DNA from: Coriobacteriia bacterium
Lineage (GTDB): Bacteria > Actinomycetota > Coriobacteriia > Coriobacteriales > UMGS124
NCBI GenBank assembly: GCA_963930185.1
Contig: CAWVLT010000016.1
Coordinates: forward strand, 128,879 to 192,878
Length of the DNA stretch: 64,000 bases
Reading direction: 5' to 3'
Shown here piece by piece: positions 37,384-45,925 of this stretch. Every line of letters starts with the position of its first letter. Positions within the stretch are counted from its first letter, which is position 1. A program made the translations under genes and the position numbers. The notes beneath the pieces are model-generated. The model was given only the letters and a program-made list of their open reading frames with translations, ran no database searches and was not told the DNA's origin.

Positions 37384-38939
37384 TGACGACAACGGGAACA
37401 CACTCGACACGGGATGCGAGCTCCGAGCCCTCCTGCGCGCAGGGCATACACAACACCAACGCCACCTACGTGCTCGCGCTCGACTCGGGCACCACGTCGG
37501 TACGCTCCATCCTGTTCGACGCCGCGGGGCAACCCGTCGCCCAGGCGTCCCAGCCGATAACCCAGCACTATCCCCAGCCCGGCTGGGTCGAGCATGACGC
37601 GCGCGAGATCCTGGCCAAGCAGGTCTCCACCATATCGGAGGTGCAGTTCGCCAGCGGCATCTACTCGGATCGCATCGCCGCCGTCGGGATCACCAACCAG
37701 CGCGAGACGACCGTGGTGTGGGATCGTCGCACCGGCGACCCGCTGTGCAACGCCATCTGCTGGCAGTGCCGCAGGACCGAACCCATGATCGCCGATCTCG
37801 CACGCCGCGGGCTCTCGGAGATGATCACCGGCAAGACCGGGCTCATCCCCGACCCGTACTTCTCGGCCAGCAAGATCGCCTGGATCCTCGACAACGTCCC
37901 CGGCGCCCGCACGAAGGCAAAGGCGGGGGACCTGTTGTTCGGGACGGTGGACAGCTGGCTTGTCTGGAGCCTGACCGCAGGCGCCGTGCACGCCACCGAC
38001 CGCACCAACGCCAGCCGCACGATGCTCTACAACATCCACGAGCTCGCGTGGGACGAGGAGCTGCTCGACCTGTTTGACATACCGGCCTCGATGCTGCCCG
38101 AGGTGCTGCCCTCGCGCGCGGACTTTGGGCACGTGGCCGGCGAGATCATGACGGCTCGCCCGCCGATAACGGGGGTGGCCGGCGACCAGCAGGCCTCTCT
38201 GTTCGGCCACTGCTGCTTTGAGCCCGGCGAGACCAAGGCCACCTACGGCACGGGATGCTTCATCCTCATGAACACCGGCGCCACCCCGGTGCGCTCGGAA
38301 AACGGCCTGCTCACCACCATCATCGCAACACCTGATGACACGGTCGAGTACGCGCTCGAGGGATCGGTTTTCAACGCCGGGTCGGTCGTGCAATGGCTGC
38401 GCGACGACCTGGAGCTGGTGCGTACCGCCGAGGAGACCGAGGAGCTCGCCCTGTCGGTGCCCGACACCTGCGGCGTGCACCTGGTGCCGGCGTTCACCGG
38501 CCTGGGCGCCCCGTGGTGGGACGCCAACGCCCGCGGCCTGGTGAGCGGGCTCACGCGCGGCTGCACGCGCGCCCATCTGGTACGCGCGGCGCTGGAAGGC
38601 ATCGCCTACCAGGTCAGCGACATCGCAGAGGCCATGCAGCGCGACGCTGGCTGCAAACTGGGGCGCCTGGCCGTAGACGGGGGCGGCTCGCGCAACCGCT
38701 TCACCATGCAGTGGCAGGCCAACCTGCTCGACTGCCCCGTTGTCTGCGCCCGCACCAGCGAGACGACCGCCCTCGGCGCGGCCTACCTCGCCGGACTGGG
38801 CGTAGGGTACTGGGAAGGTCTCGCCCAGCTACGCGAGCAGGCGGGATCGGGCGAGCGATTTGACCCGCAGATGACACCCACGGATCGTATCGAAGTCCTG
38901 GCGGGCTGGCACGCCGCACTCGTGCGGACGCGTGGGTGA
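37380..38939 (+). CDS. glpK: Glycerol kinase
   Basis: FGGY kinase hallmarks: YVLALDSGTTSVRS, PQPGWVEHDAREI, FGTVDSWLVWSLT..HATDRTNASRTMLYNI, GDQQASLFG, VDGGGSRNRFTMQWQANLL. Confidence 0.92.
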   Translation: MMTTTGTHSTRDASSEPSCAQGIHNTNATYVLALDSGTTSVRSILFDAAGQPVAQASQPITQHYPQPGWVEHDAREILAKQVSTISEVQFASGIYSDRIAAVGITNQRETTVVWDRRTGDPLCNAICWQCRRTEPMIADLARRGLSEMITGKTGLIPDPYFSASKIAWILDNVPGARTKAKAGDLLFGTVDSWLVWSLTAGAVHATDRTNASRTMLYNIHELAWDEELLDLFDIPASMLPEVLPSRADFGHVAGEIMTARPPITGVAGDQQASLFGHCCFEPGETKATYGTGCFILMNTGATPVRSENGLLTTIIATPDDTVEYALEGSVFNAGSVVQWLRDDLELVRTAEETEELALSVPDTCGVHLVPAFTGLGAPWWDANARGLVSGLTRGCTRAHLVRAALEGIAYQVSDIAEAMQRDAGCKLGRLAVDGGGSRNRFTMQWQANLLDCPVVCARTSETTALGAAYLAGLGVGYWEGLAQLREQAGSGERFDPQMTPTDRIEVLAGWHAALVRTRG

Positions 38940-39021
38940 AACTAGCAGAGGATTGGGCTCGGCAAAAGAAGCACCCCCGCACAATGCGACAACCCCGCGC
39001 TCACTCCACGTAGCCTACGAA

Positions 39022-40380
39022 TCAGCCCTTCGAAAGGAACCACTTCCAAGCAGGAACGACGTGCACGACCCCCGTGTCGGTCTGTACGTCACCCTCCTCG
39101 GCAAGCGTAACGAGGATCGACGAGTCGAGGCTCGTTTCGCCCATTGCCCTCTCGAGATTGCCCATTTCGCTACGATACTTCGCCGAAAACGCACCCCGAA
39201 CGCCCTCGCGGTCGGCCCCGCTTTCCACGGCAACTTGGATAAGCTCGTATTCCGCCCCGAGAATGACATCTCCAACAACAAAATCGACTTCCGGGCATCG
39301 GGCAGAACTATAGCGCGAGATAACCCTGTCACGATTTGCCGCATACCTTCTTTTCAGCTCCATGAAGACCGCCGTCTCGAGGCGCTGCCCGAGGTCGACA
39401 TGACTCGCCGGCGCCACGGCAAGCGAAAGTCCCTGGTCGACTGAATAAATCTTGTAAGCTGACTTTGGGTTGTCCCGAATCGAGAGGCAGTAGTCACAGA
39501 CCTTAAAGGCGAGATGGGCATCCTCAAAGTCATCAAGCAGCGCATATGCAGCGTCGTTTGACACGGATATACCTGCGCTTCTCATGATGCCTATCTGTTT
39601 GTTTACCGAAAACTTCAAGCCAGTTGACCTCAAGGCGCCTAGGGCAAGTCGACGCCCCACACGAAAAGACGCAGTGCCGAAACGTTCAAGGACGTCCTTC
39701 GTTACGATCTCATCGGCATACGCCTGCAATAATCTCACCCTAGTTGTCGGGTCAAGATCTTGAACCGCAGGAAACCCGCCCACATCGAGATAGGAGTCGA
39801 ACGCCCTGCTAAGCGCCGCAGCCTTTCGCGAGCTGTATACGCCCCTGGAGCTTCGCGTGTCAACACGGTGAAAATCACAGAACTCAGCAAAGTCCAGCGG
39901 CCACACCTCCGTTGCCAGAGATCTCCCGCGCAACCGTGTGGGGATGTCCGTCGAAAGTAGCCTAGATGACGAACCCGTCAGCACAAGCGTCACGTTGTTC
40001 TGCTCAGCAACACGACGCACGAACAGATCCCAGCCAGGCATCTCCTGTATTTCGTCAAAAAACAGGTAGCACCCGTTTTCCGCTTCGGGCACTAAGGCAT
40101 AATACGCATCGAGAACGCTTGCCGCTGTACCTGCGTCCGGCTCTCCGAGGCGATCGTCGTCAAATGGAAAATAGAATGCCAGGCTTCTCGGTAGGCCGTT
40201 TTTCACCAGCCCGTCCATAAGCTGAAACAGATGGAATGTCTTCCCGCAACGACGCACGCCGATCAGAGTGGTGATCATGTTACGCCTTTGCGGGGTAGGC
40301 AGCGATCCGATCACCGGCTTTCGCGGAACATATGACGGGAGCTCGTACTCGAGATATTCCGCCACAAGCGACTCATGCAA
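39022..40380 (-). CDS. AAA-family ATPase with DUF4143 domain
   Basis: Walker A region LIGVRRCGKTF and Walker B region LFFDEIQEMPGW. The C-terminal region ends in a PD-(D/E)xK-like ...EVDFVVGD...YELIQV... as in AAA_14/DUF4143 proteins. GC is visibly lower (about 55% on hand-counted lines). Confidence 0.8.
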   Translation of the reverse strand: MHESLVAEYLEYELPSYVPRKPVIGSLPTPQRRNMITTLIGVRRCGKTFHLFQLMDGLVKNGLPRSLAFYFPFDDDRLGEPDAGTAASVLDAYYALVPEAENGCYLFFDEIQEMPGWDLFVRRVAEQNNVTLVLTGSSSRLLSTDIPTRLRGRSLATEVWPLDFAEFCDFHRVDTRSSRGVYSSRKAAALSRAFDSYLDVGGFPAVQDLDPTTRVRLLQAYADEIVTKDVLERFGTASFRVGRRLALGALRSTGLKFSVNKQIGIMRSAGISVSNDAAYALLDDFEDAHLAFKVCDYCLSIRDNPKSAYKIYSVDQGLSLAVAPASHVDLGQRLETAVFMELKRRYAANRDRVISRYSSARCPEVDFVVGDVILGAEYELIQVAVESGADREGVRGAFSAKYRSEMGNLERAMGETSLDSSILVTLAEEGDVQTDTGVVHVVPAWKWFLSKG

Positions 40381-40542
40381 ATTTGTCTCCTCTTCTCCTA
40401 AATTCGTATAAGATTATATCATTTCTTCTTCGAGCTTCGGAGAAGTATCGTCTATTGACAGGCCTTTCTTCCCCATGATATGCGTCATGCTGACTCGCGT
40501 CCTCCCCGAATGCACGCTCAGCAAAGCGATCGACCGCAGCCC

Positions 40543-41349
40543 CTAGCCGGCCGTCCTCGCCAACAGGGCAAAAACCGCCCAGAGCAGTGCATACAACGTC
40601 GGCTGGTGAACTAGGTATACGACAAGCGAGCGCCGCCCAAGCCACTCGAGCGGACGACTTACGCTCGGCAGTAGATGCGGCAGCAGCCCGCGATCGCGCA
40701 CGAGACAGTGCAGGAAATATCCCGCCACGAACAGAAAGCCCCACGGGATGAGCCCGTAATAGTCTGTGGAATAAAAGCCCAGCTCGGGAAATCCCAGATA
40801 GGTGGTCAGAAGGTTGGCATAGAGCGCATCGGGCAGCTCGAGCAGCACCAGATCACCCACGCCGAGATACCCGTGACGTGCACCTTTGGTCAGCACGAAG
40901 AGCAAGAGGCTCGCCACAAGCCCAACGACGGCGTTGCATCGCCTGAGCAGCGGGTCGGCAAGTCGGACAAGCACCATGCAGGACCCGATGAGCGTGAGCA
41001 CGCCAAACACCACGCGGTCCTGCGGCATCACCACAAGCGTCACGCCCGTGATCAGCATCCCGGCCGCAAACACGACTGCGCCGCGCTTGAGCGCATGGCG
41101 GCTCAGTGGCTGGCAGAACCCCGAAAGCAGAATGAAGGCGCACCCCGTGGCCTGCTGCCACAGGTCGACCGCGATCGAATCGAACCACGGCCAGTCCATG
41201 CCAAACAGGTACGTAGCATCCCACGCGGCGTGATACGCGACCATGCTCACGAGCGCAAGCCCACGCAGTGCGTCCAGGAGCGCATAGCGCGTCGAACTCT
41301 TGGTCTCGTCCAAATGATCACCGCCCGCCGCTAGGAGAAGCCATATCAT
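40543..41349 (-). CDS. DUF1624 / heparan-alpha-glucosaminide N-acetyltransferase-like membrane protein
   Basis: RYALLDALRGLALVSMVAYHAAWDATYLFGMDWPWF is the characteristic N-terminal motif. Polytopic, 268 aa. Confidence 0.7.
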   Translation of the reverse strand: MIWLLLAAGGDHLDETKSSTRYALLDALRGLALVSMVAYHAAWDATYLFGMDWPWFDSIAVDLWQQATGCAFILLSGFCQPLSRHALKRGAVVFAAGMLITGVTLVVMPQDRVVFGVLTLIGSCMVLVRLADPLLRRCNAVVGLVASLLLFVLTKGARHGYLGVGDLVLLELPDALYANLLTTYLGFPELGFYSTDYYGLIPWGFLFVAGYFLHCLVRDRGLLPHLLPSVSRPLEWLGRRSLVVYLVHQPTLYALLWAVFALLARTAG

Positions 41350-41461
41350 ACGCCCTGCCGCATGCCACGCACGTAAGCGGTCCGCAAAATCAACCGAACC
41401 GCCTCGGCAGCGTCAGCGATGCGCCGCCAGGCCATCGCACCAGAACACCCCGCAGCACCCT

Positions 41462-41702
41462 CGCGCGCCAAAATCTCCCTGCGATGGACAAAGTTTTCGG
41501 TTGGGAGAAGATCCGTCGAGGCATCCGGCCGCCCACGTCGTTCTCAGAACACAAAAGTGTTACGAATCTATCAGCTAGAAGCTATTTTCGCAGATAATTG
41601 GCCAAAATCGTAACACTGCCACAATTCGTCGGATCGGAAGCCAAAAACAGAAGTTTCTCCCAACCGCAATATTTGTCCCGCGGAAAAGAATTTTGGCGCG
41701 CG
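41462..41702. repeat. About 240-bp long-hairpin repeat element, copy A (MITE-like)
   Basis: The termini CGCGCGCCAAAATCTCCCTGCGATGGACAAAGTTTTCGGTTGGGAG and CTCCCAACCGCAATATTTGTCCCGCGGAAAAGAATTTTGGCGCGCG form imperfect inverted repeats. A second copy with near-identical termini is at 45472-45712. It has an internal hairpin AGTGTTACGA/TCGTAACACT. Confidence 0.7.
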
Positions 41703-41768
41703 AGCCGCCTTGCGAACCGTCCTGCACCACAATATGGGTCACCACCAGAAGCCTAGGCCGAGGACTCG

Positions 41769-41813
41769 CAAAACAAAGGGCGACCAGGCCGGAAGGCCCC
41801 AGCCCAGTCGCCC
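41769..41813 (-). terminator. Rho-independent terminator after SBP3
   Basis: The minus strand reads GGGCGAC-(22-nt loop with an inner GGCC/GGCC hairpin)-GTCGCCC followed by TTTGTTTTG. Confidence 0.6.
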
Positions 41814-41889
41814 GTTGCCGCGCTCAGAACACAACGCTCACACCATGCCGCATGAATCGCAGGTATGGCGGTTGTTCCGGCTGCCCCGC

Positions 41890-43533
41890 CTACGCGCTCC
41901 ACTCCGCGAAGGTCCATTCCTCCTTGCCCCACTGCCCCGCACCGTCAGATCCGGTATTGACGAGACCAGCGGCATAGGCATAGTAGATCGACCACGTGGC
42001 CAGCGGTAGATACGGCAGGTCCTCGGCAAGGATCGCCTGCGCCTGGCGATACAGCTCGGCGCGCTCGGCGTCGTCGCCAGTCGCATTGGCCTGGTTGCAC
42101 AGGTCATCGAACTCGGGGTTGCTATAGAAGCCGTAGTTCGACGCGAAGTCCGTGCCCAGGCGCGACATCATGGCATACGCATCCGGGCCCATGAACCCCG
42201 CCTGGAGCTCGATGTCGAAGTCTCGCTGGACGCTCACCTTGTCGGACCAGGCGTTCATCTCCGACATGTTGACCTCGCACTGCAGGCCAATGGCATCCAT
42301 GTTGGAAGCGAGCAGCCTGGACACCTGCTCGTACTCGGTACCCGAGAAGGCGTCGATCGTGAAGCCAGTGATGAAGTAGCCGTTCTCGTCGGCCACGTAC
42401 CCGGAGTCCTCGAGCAGCTTGCGCGCGCCTTCGGGATCGTAGGCGGGAGCGACGTCCTCCTGGTTGGAGTACTCGCCGGCAATGGTAGGATAGAACGCCA
42501 CCTCGGGCACCGAAACGCCGCCCAGGGCCTTCTCGCATATGGCCTCGCGGTCGATGCACATCGCTATCGCGCGACGAACGTTCACGTCGTCCAGATGGCG
42601 CTCCGTGCGATTCAGGTTGAAGATGATGCGATACGGCGAGGGGTCCTGCTGTAGCACCATGCGGATGTTGGGATCTGCAAGCACGCTGTCGATGTAGGCG
42701 GACGGAACCTTCTTGAGCAGGTCGGTCTCGCCGTTCTGCAATGCCTGCACCGCCGTGGAGTCGTCGGTGATGATGGAGTAGATGAGGTTGGGAATCGCCG
42801 GCACATGCCAGTAGTTCTCGTTGGCAACCAGGCTGATGGACTGGCCGGGCACGTACTCGCTCAGCTTGTAAGGACCCGAGGTCACGGGCGTGTTGACGAG
42901 CTGCGCCGCGTCGTTGTTCTCCCAGAGCACACCCTCGACGTCGTAGATGTGCTTGGGCATGATGAAGCACGCATACCATGCCAGCGTACCCACGAGCGAC
43001 ATGTCGGGGGCGTTGAGGTTGATGACGAAGGTGTAGTCGTCCGGGGCCTCGAAGCTCGCCACGTTCTGCAGGTTGGCACTGACATAGCACTCGGGGTGGT
43101 CCTTGATGTACTGGAAGGTGTACACCGCATCCTGGGCAGTCAGTGGCTCGCCGTCAGACCACACGAGATCCTGACGCAGGTGGTAGGTGATGGCCAGGGC
43201 GTCATCGGAGGTCTCCCAGCTCTCGGCCGCATCAGGCACGACCTGCGAGTTCACGTCAAGCTTGGCCAGGCGGTTGAACATGTTCTGGACGATGGGCCAG
43301 GCGTTGTCATCGGCAAGGACATCGGGGCACCACGATGCCGGGTCACCGGTCTGCGTCACGATGACGGTGTCCCCGCCGTCGGCAAACGCGACGTTTGCCA
43401 TGCCCGGCCCCGACGCGATCCCGGCCGCCCCGGCGGCCGCAAGACTGGCCGCACCCATCAGGCCGACAAACTCACGACGAGAGACCTCTCCCATGCCGGC
43501 GAGCCTCTTGGCGCTGTCCTTCATGCTGTTCAT
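41890..43533 (-). CDS. Family-5 ABC substrate-binding protein with Tat-type signal (SBP3)
   Basis: MNSMKDSAKRLAGMGEVSRREFVGLMGAASLAAAGAAGIASG. The body is collinear with SBP1, SBP2 and SBP4. RBS AAGGAAGGGGA. Confidence 0.85.
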   Translation of the reverse strand: MNSMKDSAKRLAGMGEVSRREFVGLMGAASLAAAGAAGIASGPGMANVAFADGGDTVIVTQTGDPASWCPDVLADDNAWPIVQNMFNRLAKLDVNSQVVPDAAESWETSDDALAITYHLRQDLVWSDGEPLTAQDAVYTFQYIKDHPECYVSANLQNVASFEAPDDYTFVINLNAPDMSLVGTLAWYACFIMPKHIYDVEGVLWENNDAAQLVNTPVTSGPYKLSEYVPGQSISLVANENYWHVPAIPNLIYSIITDDSTAVQALQNGETDLLKKVPSAYIDSVLADPNIRMVLQQDPSPYRIIFNLNRTERHLDDVNVRRAIAMCIDREAICEKALGGVSVPEVAFYPTIAGEYSNQEDVAPAYDPEGARKLLEDSGYVADENGYFITGFTIDAFSGTEYEQVSRLLASNMDAIGLQCEVNMSEMNAWSDKVSVQRDFDIELQAGFMGPDAYAMMSRLGTDFASNYGFYSNPEFDDLCNQANATGDDAERAELYRQAQAILAEDLPYLPLATWSIYYAYAAGLVNTGSDGAGQWGKEEWTFAEWSA

Positions 43534-43570
43534 GGCGTCCCCTTCCTTTTGCTTCCTACACGATGGGCTC

Positions 43571-45085
43571 CTACGCGATGTCGTGGGTACGAACGTAATC
43601 GGCGACGAGCAGGCCGCAGGCCAGCTGCACCGTCACGAGCTTCTTGATGGGTATGACCTCGTAGTCGATCTTGGACTCAAGAAGCCGGCAGATCTCCCCG
43701 TGATGCGCGAGCGCCGTGTCGCGCGCGGCCTCGAGGGCACAGCGGGCCGCATGCTCGTCCGGCCGCTCCCCTGCGGGCCCGACAGCGCCAGCACACCGGT
43801 CGGCGCCGTCCCCGCCGACATCCGACGGAGACGCTCCCAGCTTGGCGAGCTCAACCTCGCACGCGCGTGCGACCTGAGCCGCAGCGCGCGCCTTGAAGAG
43901 GCGGCGCACCAGCAGGTTGTCGAATTCGTCCGCCACGGTGGCCGGCTGGGCATACTCGGGGTTCTCCCGCACCATCGCACGTGTGGAATCGTCGACCTCA
44001 CGCCCCAGAAACTCCTCAGTGACATGGGCAAAGCCGTTATCCGCGCCCATGAGATGCCGAACCGGCTCGTACGCCGCGCGGATACGCTCGGTGTCCCGCT
44101 CCTCCTCGTCCAGGCGCTCGAGCATCACGTCGCACTTCGTGCGCCCCGTGGGGGTCAAGTCGCCAATCTGCTCGCTATAGAAGTAGGGAATCTCGTTGAT
44201 GAACCCAACGGCCTGCCCGTCTGCACATGCGTAGTCAAAGCTCGCCGCACCCGAGTCGATAGCCTGGGCCGGATCGCCGCCCGGCTCGCCATACCGCTCG
44301 AGATAGTCGTACTGGTCGCGCACCGAGAGCGCCCGGTACAGCGCCGGCGCCCAGCGCTCGGCATAGGGCACCTCCGCCTCGCCCAGGTGCAGGTCGAGGC
44401 CCTGGTCGGCGACGATGGCACGCATCTCCTCCCAGATCTCGGGGGTCCTGTGCGTCTCGTACCAGTACACGCCACCGAAGCTCGAGTTATGCAGCGAGTA
44501 GACGAACCGCGGCCTGACGGCATCGACCAGGGCCATGACCGCACGCGTCTCGGGCAGCGGCGCGTCGAAGTGCAGCGTCTTGTAGTCGATGGGGAATGTC
44601 CACTCAACCTGGTCGTAGAAGGCAGGGCGATAGATGTTACGCGAGTAGTTAGTGAGATTGAACGGCCCCTTGAGCCAGGTGTTGAGCTCAAGCGAGTCGG
44701 CGTCCCATGCCTTGACGAAGTACCAAGTGTAGCCGAGCTCGCGGCGCAGGTCGGCGTCTGCGGCCAGACAGCGGGACAGATGCTCAATGAGCATTGCGCC
44801 GATTGGCTCGTTGGGATGCGGCACGCCCAGCAGCAGGGCCGCGGGACGCTGGGGATCGGGCAGGGGGATGCCCTCGCCCGCAGACGCGCCCGAAGCGCCG
44901 CGTGGCTCGCCGACACGCAGGCACAGCAGCGGCCTGCCTTTGCGCGTGGCGCCGACCTCGAAGAGCGTGACCGTGTCGGGAAATTCGGCGGCAAGCGCAC
45001 GGCTGCTCTCGTCAAGCTCGTCAGGCGAAAGAAACACCTGGTAATCGGGAATCGTATCGATGACCTCTTGATAGATTCGCTTCAC
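43571..45085 (-). CDS. Cytosolic M14-like zinc carboxypeptidase/amidase paralog 1
   Basis: GTG 45085 follows GGGGAGG. No signal peptide. GATRKGRPLLCLRVG...LLLGVPHPNEPIG (HxxE), NYSRNIYRP, PLPETRAVMALV, YSLHNSSFGGVYWY (second zinc His). A helical C-terminal extension follows. Confidence 0.7.
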   Translation of the reverse strand: MKRIYQEVIDTIPDYQVFLSPDELDESSRALAAEFPDTVTLFEVGATRKGRPLLCLRVGEPRGASGASAGEGIPLPDPQRPAALLLGVPHPNEPIGAMLIEHLSRCLAADADLRRELGYTWYFVKAWDADSLELNTWLKGPFNLTNYSRNIYRPAFYDQVEWTFPIDYKTLHFDAPLPETRAVMALVDAVRPRFVYSLHNSSFGGVYWYETHRTPEIWEEMRAIVADQGLDLHLGEAEVPYAERWAPALYRALSVRDQYDYLERYGEPGGDPAQAIDSGAASFDYACADGQAVGFINEIPYFYSEQIGDLTPTGRTKCDVMLERLDEEERDTERIRAAYEPVRHLMGADNGFAHVTEEFLGREVDDSTRAMVRENPEYAQPATVADEFDNLLVRRLFKARAAAQVARACEVELAKLGASPSDVGGDGADRCAGAVGPAGERPDEHAARCALEAARDTALAHHGEICRLLESKIDYEVIPIKKLVTVQLACGLLVADYVRTHDIA

Positions 45086-45471
45086 GATGACCTCCCCAGA
45101 TCAGACGTCAGGCCGCCCTCACGCGCCACGAGGAGGCGCGTCGCGTGTCCGAACGTAGGCACACAGCGTAGGTGCACAGCGCGCAGCCATTGCGTATCAG
45201 CGGGCCCCAACGTGCCTGGCCCCGCGAGGTGCCCCCGGGCGTGTTTTCAGTCAGCCTAAGCGCTTGCGAAGCACCAAATGTTACCAGTAAGAAAACATCC
45301 GGCCAGTGGCGATACCGCATCGGTTTCCGCGCAATCCAATGACGTCCTCAAAGCGGTCACGGGTAGTGGCGCACGCGTACGCGACGCGCACGCAGGCGGC
45401 AAGCGCGCAAGTGGCATGCCGCCCTCGCAAGAACCTCTTGGTCGGCGTGCCGAAACGCGTCGCGATGCCTT

Positions 45472-45712
45472 CGCGCGCCAAAATTTCCCTACGATGGACA
45501 AAGTTTTCGGTTGTGAGGTAGTTTGTCGAGGATGTCAGCTTCTAGGATCGGCCTCGGAGCCCCCAAGACATCGTGAACTAGGTAACTTAAGATCATTTCC
45601 GCTGGTCATCGCTGCAGGCTTGGCATTGCCAGTATTCGTCAGGTCGAACCCTCCGAAACGAAGTCCCTCACAACCGCAATATCTGTCCCGCGGACAAGAA
45701 TTTTGGCGCGCG
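45472..45712. repeat. About 240-bp long-hairpin repeat element, copy B (MITE-like)
   Basis: The termini CGCGCGCCAAAATTTCCCTACGATGGACAAAGTTTTCGGTTGTGAGG and CCTCACAACCGCAATATCTGTCCCGCGGACAAGAATTTTGGCGCGCG match copy A at most positions. The central ~150 bp has diverged. Confidence 0.7.
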
Positions 45713-45769
45713 GACATTGGCGAGATCCCCCACGGGCCATCCAGCAATGAGTCCACCAAGTATGCCAGC

Positions 45770-45818
45770 AACAAAAAGCGGGCGGCGGAACCGGTTGAAC
45801 TCGGTTCTGCCGCCCGCC
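45770..45818 (-). terminator. Rho-independent terminator after SBP4
   Basis: The minus strand reads GCGGGCGGCAGAACCG-AGTTCAA-CCGGTTCCGCCCGCCGC followed by TTTTTGTTG. Confidence 0.65.
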
Positions 45819-45925
45819 TCACGTGCTCACATGCGCGGCGCATTAGGCGATCTTGCCAGCGCCGTCAAGTAGGTGCACGACGCAGCCGCGCACACGTCGC
45901 CGCGCCAACGCTCGCACTGCAACGC

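Noticed and set aside
36954-38576. 540-aa minus-strand ORF opposite glpK and the hydrolase gene
   Set aside because: It is antisense to an unmistakable glycerol kinase and has no motifs.
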